Below are positions 61,947 to 64,000 of a stretch of DNA of 64,000 nt, piece by piece (within the stretch, counting starts at the first letter, position 1; every line of letters starts with the position of its first letter). Under the pieces are notes generated by a model, which made no database searches, had not been told where the DNA came from, and saw only the letters and a program-made list of their open reading frames with translations. The position numbers and the translations under genes were made by a program. The DNA is from Eledone cirrhosa (taxonomy: Eukaryota), in assembly GCA_964016885.1 (NCBI GenBank), contig OZ024742.1, forward strand, positions 139,562,001-139,626,000, written 5' to 3'.

Positions 61947-62034
61947 CTGTAATGAGGTGCAGCAATGGTCGGAGATGTAAGATATTTCACTTCATTCTTT
62001 ATGGCAATAAAGTCAGTTGGACCACAAACGTTGC
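61947..62034 (-). CDS. CUB-domain transmembrane protein, first exon in window (CUB-A part 1); the gene continues beyond the window end
   Basis: Acceptor tttgcag, donor gtagta; 88 nt, phase 1 to 2. Translates (G)NVCGPTDFIAIKNEVKYLTSPTIAAPHY(R), the CUB N-terminal C..TSP motif. Confidence 0.85.
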
Positions 62035-62393
62035 CTGCAAATACAAATAATGTATCTCATTAGACCTTGAAACAAATAAATCGAAAAAGTAAGATACAAA
62101 CCCCCGCCCACTCTGCCCGGTCTCAAGAAGATGAAAGAGTGAAAATGCTACCAATTACATCAAACGTCAATCTAAATAGACATGTAATATGAGATTCTGG
62201 TGTCCAGTTCTCTTAAGAGTTTCTTACCATTGAAACCCAATATAGTAAATGTAAATCCATGAAATCCGATTTAACAACTCTTTATGGGATTCCCGGCTGA
62301 TTCATTTCTCACCTAATGTTTTTCCTTCCAGCCCTCAGAAAGGTGTGGTGATGAAACCATTTTGTGAGTAGTATATATATATATATATATATA

Positions 62394-64000
62394 TGGACCA
62401 GGTCATGAAAGTAACAGAAAGAGTTATAGCACAGTTGATTAGGGACCAGGTGAAACTAGATGAGATGCAATTTGGGTTTGTGCCAGGAAGAGGCACCACT
62501 GATGCCCTCTTCCTTGTGAGGCAGTTACAGGAAAAGAACCTAGCTAAAAGTAAGCCACTCTACCTGGCATTCGTCGATCTCAAGAAAGCCTTTGACAGAG
62601 TTCCCCGTGCTATAATCTGGTAGGCTCTTAGAAAACTAGGAGTAGATGAATGGCTTGTGAAAGCTGTACAAGCCATGTATAAGGGAGCAATCAGCAAAGT
62701 TTGGATTAGCAATGACTATAGCAAAGAATTTAGCATACAGGTTGGTGTCCACCAGAGCTCTGTTCTTAGCCCTCTCCTGTTCATCATAGTTCAGCAGACA
62801 ATAACGGAGGAGTTTAAAACCGGATGCCCATGGGAAATCCTGTATGGAGATGACCTCGCACTTATAGCTGAATCTATGGTAGAACTAGAGAAGAAATTCC
62901 AAACTTGGAAGCAGGGACTAGAAAGAAAGGGTCTCAAAGTCAACCTGACAAAGACTAAGGTCCTTGTAAGTAGACGAGAAAACAGAACTCAGATCCCCTC
63001 AGGGAAATGGCCTTGCTCAGTATGTAGGAAAGGTGTAAGTAGGAACTACATTCTCTGCCCCAAATGCAAACAATGGGTGCACAAGAGATGTAGTGGAATC
63101 TCAGGAAGCTTAACTAAGAATGTAGGCTTCACATGTAGCAGCTGTGCTGGGACAGCAAGCAGCCACAGGAAACAAGTACCACCAAACTCTGGGAGGGCTC
63201 TGAGAAACAGTAGACAGCTTCTGCTACCTAGGTGACCGAATTAGCAGCGGAGGTAGGTGTTCAGAAAGTACAATAACTAGAGTAAGAACGGGCTGGAAGA
63301 GGTTCAGGGAGCTACTGCCACTGCTAGCTGCAAAAGGCTTTCCCTCAAAATGAAAGGCAGACTGTATGATGCGTGTATACGAACAGCAATGTTACATGGT
63401 AGTGAGACCTGGGCGCTGAAGGTGGAAGACTTGCATAGATTAGAAAGAAACGAAGTCTGCATGCTCCAATGGTTGTGTAATAGTAATATACGTGAACAAC
63501 AAAGCATAAATGAATTGAGAGAGAGACTGAACATAAGAGGAATGAAATGCTGTGTGCAGGAGAGGCAGTTGCATCGGTATGGACATGTGATGCGTATGAA
63601 GGATGACAGCTGCACTAGAAGTCGATGGAAACCGCAGAGTAGGGAGACCCAAGAAGACCTGGGATGAGGTGATAAAAGCCGACCTTACGCAATTGTACCT
63701 CTCAAGGGCATTGACACACGACCGTGACCTCTGGCGTCACGCAGTAATACAGAGTACCCGACTTCCCACGAGTACAAGCCGAAGCTGAAGCATATAGACA
63801 ATATGCCCCCACACCCTCCCACTGCAAAGTGGTCGTGGAGGTGCCACAGCAAAAAAGCACCCAGCCCACACTGTAAAATGGACGTGTAGGCGCCATGGAA
63901 AAAAGTACCCTGAACTCACTGTAAATGAGGTTGGTGTTAGGAAGGGTATCCAGCTGTAGAAATCAAGCCAGAATCAGTTCCCATATGAGCAAGGCATGGT
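62394..64000 (+). mobile_element. RTE LINE (family B), 5'-truncated, runs off the window
   Basis: QFGFVPGRGTTDA, FVDLKKAFDRVP, YGDD, PHD, C-terminus; the 5' end abuts (TA)n. Confidence 0.93.

Noticed and set aside
680-62034. Calling the gene cubilin (CUBN) or tolloid
   Set aside because: The C-terminal TM helix and missing Ca2+-binding residues do not fit, and the N-terminus is outside the window, so no symbol was given.

Overview
AT-rich eukaryotic (animal) genomic DNA, most likely an octopod cephalopod; this is inferred from the SINE and RTE repeat families and is not proven. The whole window lies inside the 3' part of one minus-strand gene. I assembled 13 GT-AG exons by eye (1667 nt, one continuous frame): four 3-exon CUB domains, then a transmembrane helix and a short cytoplasmic tail, with the stop at 680. 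The introns are packed with non-LTR retrotransposons (several RTE families carrying a PHD finger inside the RT region, Tx1/L1-like, R4/Dong, CR1), tRNA-derived SINEs, MITE-like foldbacks and (TA)n/(ATAC)n satellites. The most interesting signal is a set of non-coding elements sitting in (TA)n tracts that carry minimal type I hammerhead ribozyme motifs: a 3-copy 480-520 bp tandem array at 47.0-48.6 kb (retrozyme or Penelope pseudo-LTR-like), long palindromes with a hammerhead in each arm (1.3-1.9 kb and 49.1-49.6 kb), and several degenerate single motifs. All coordinates were read by eye, and repeat boundaries are approximate.
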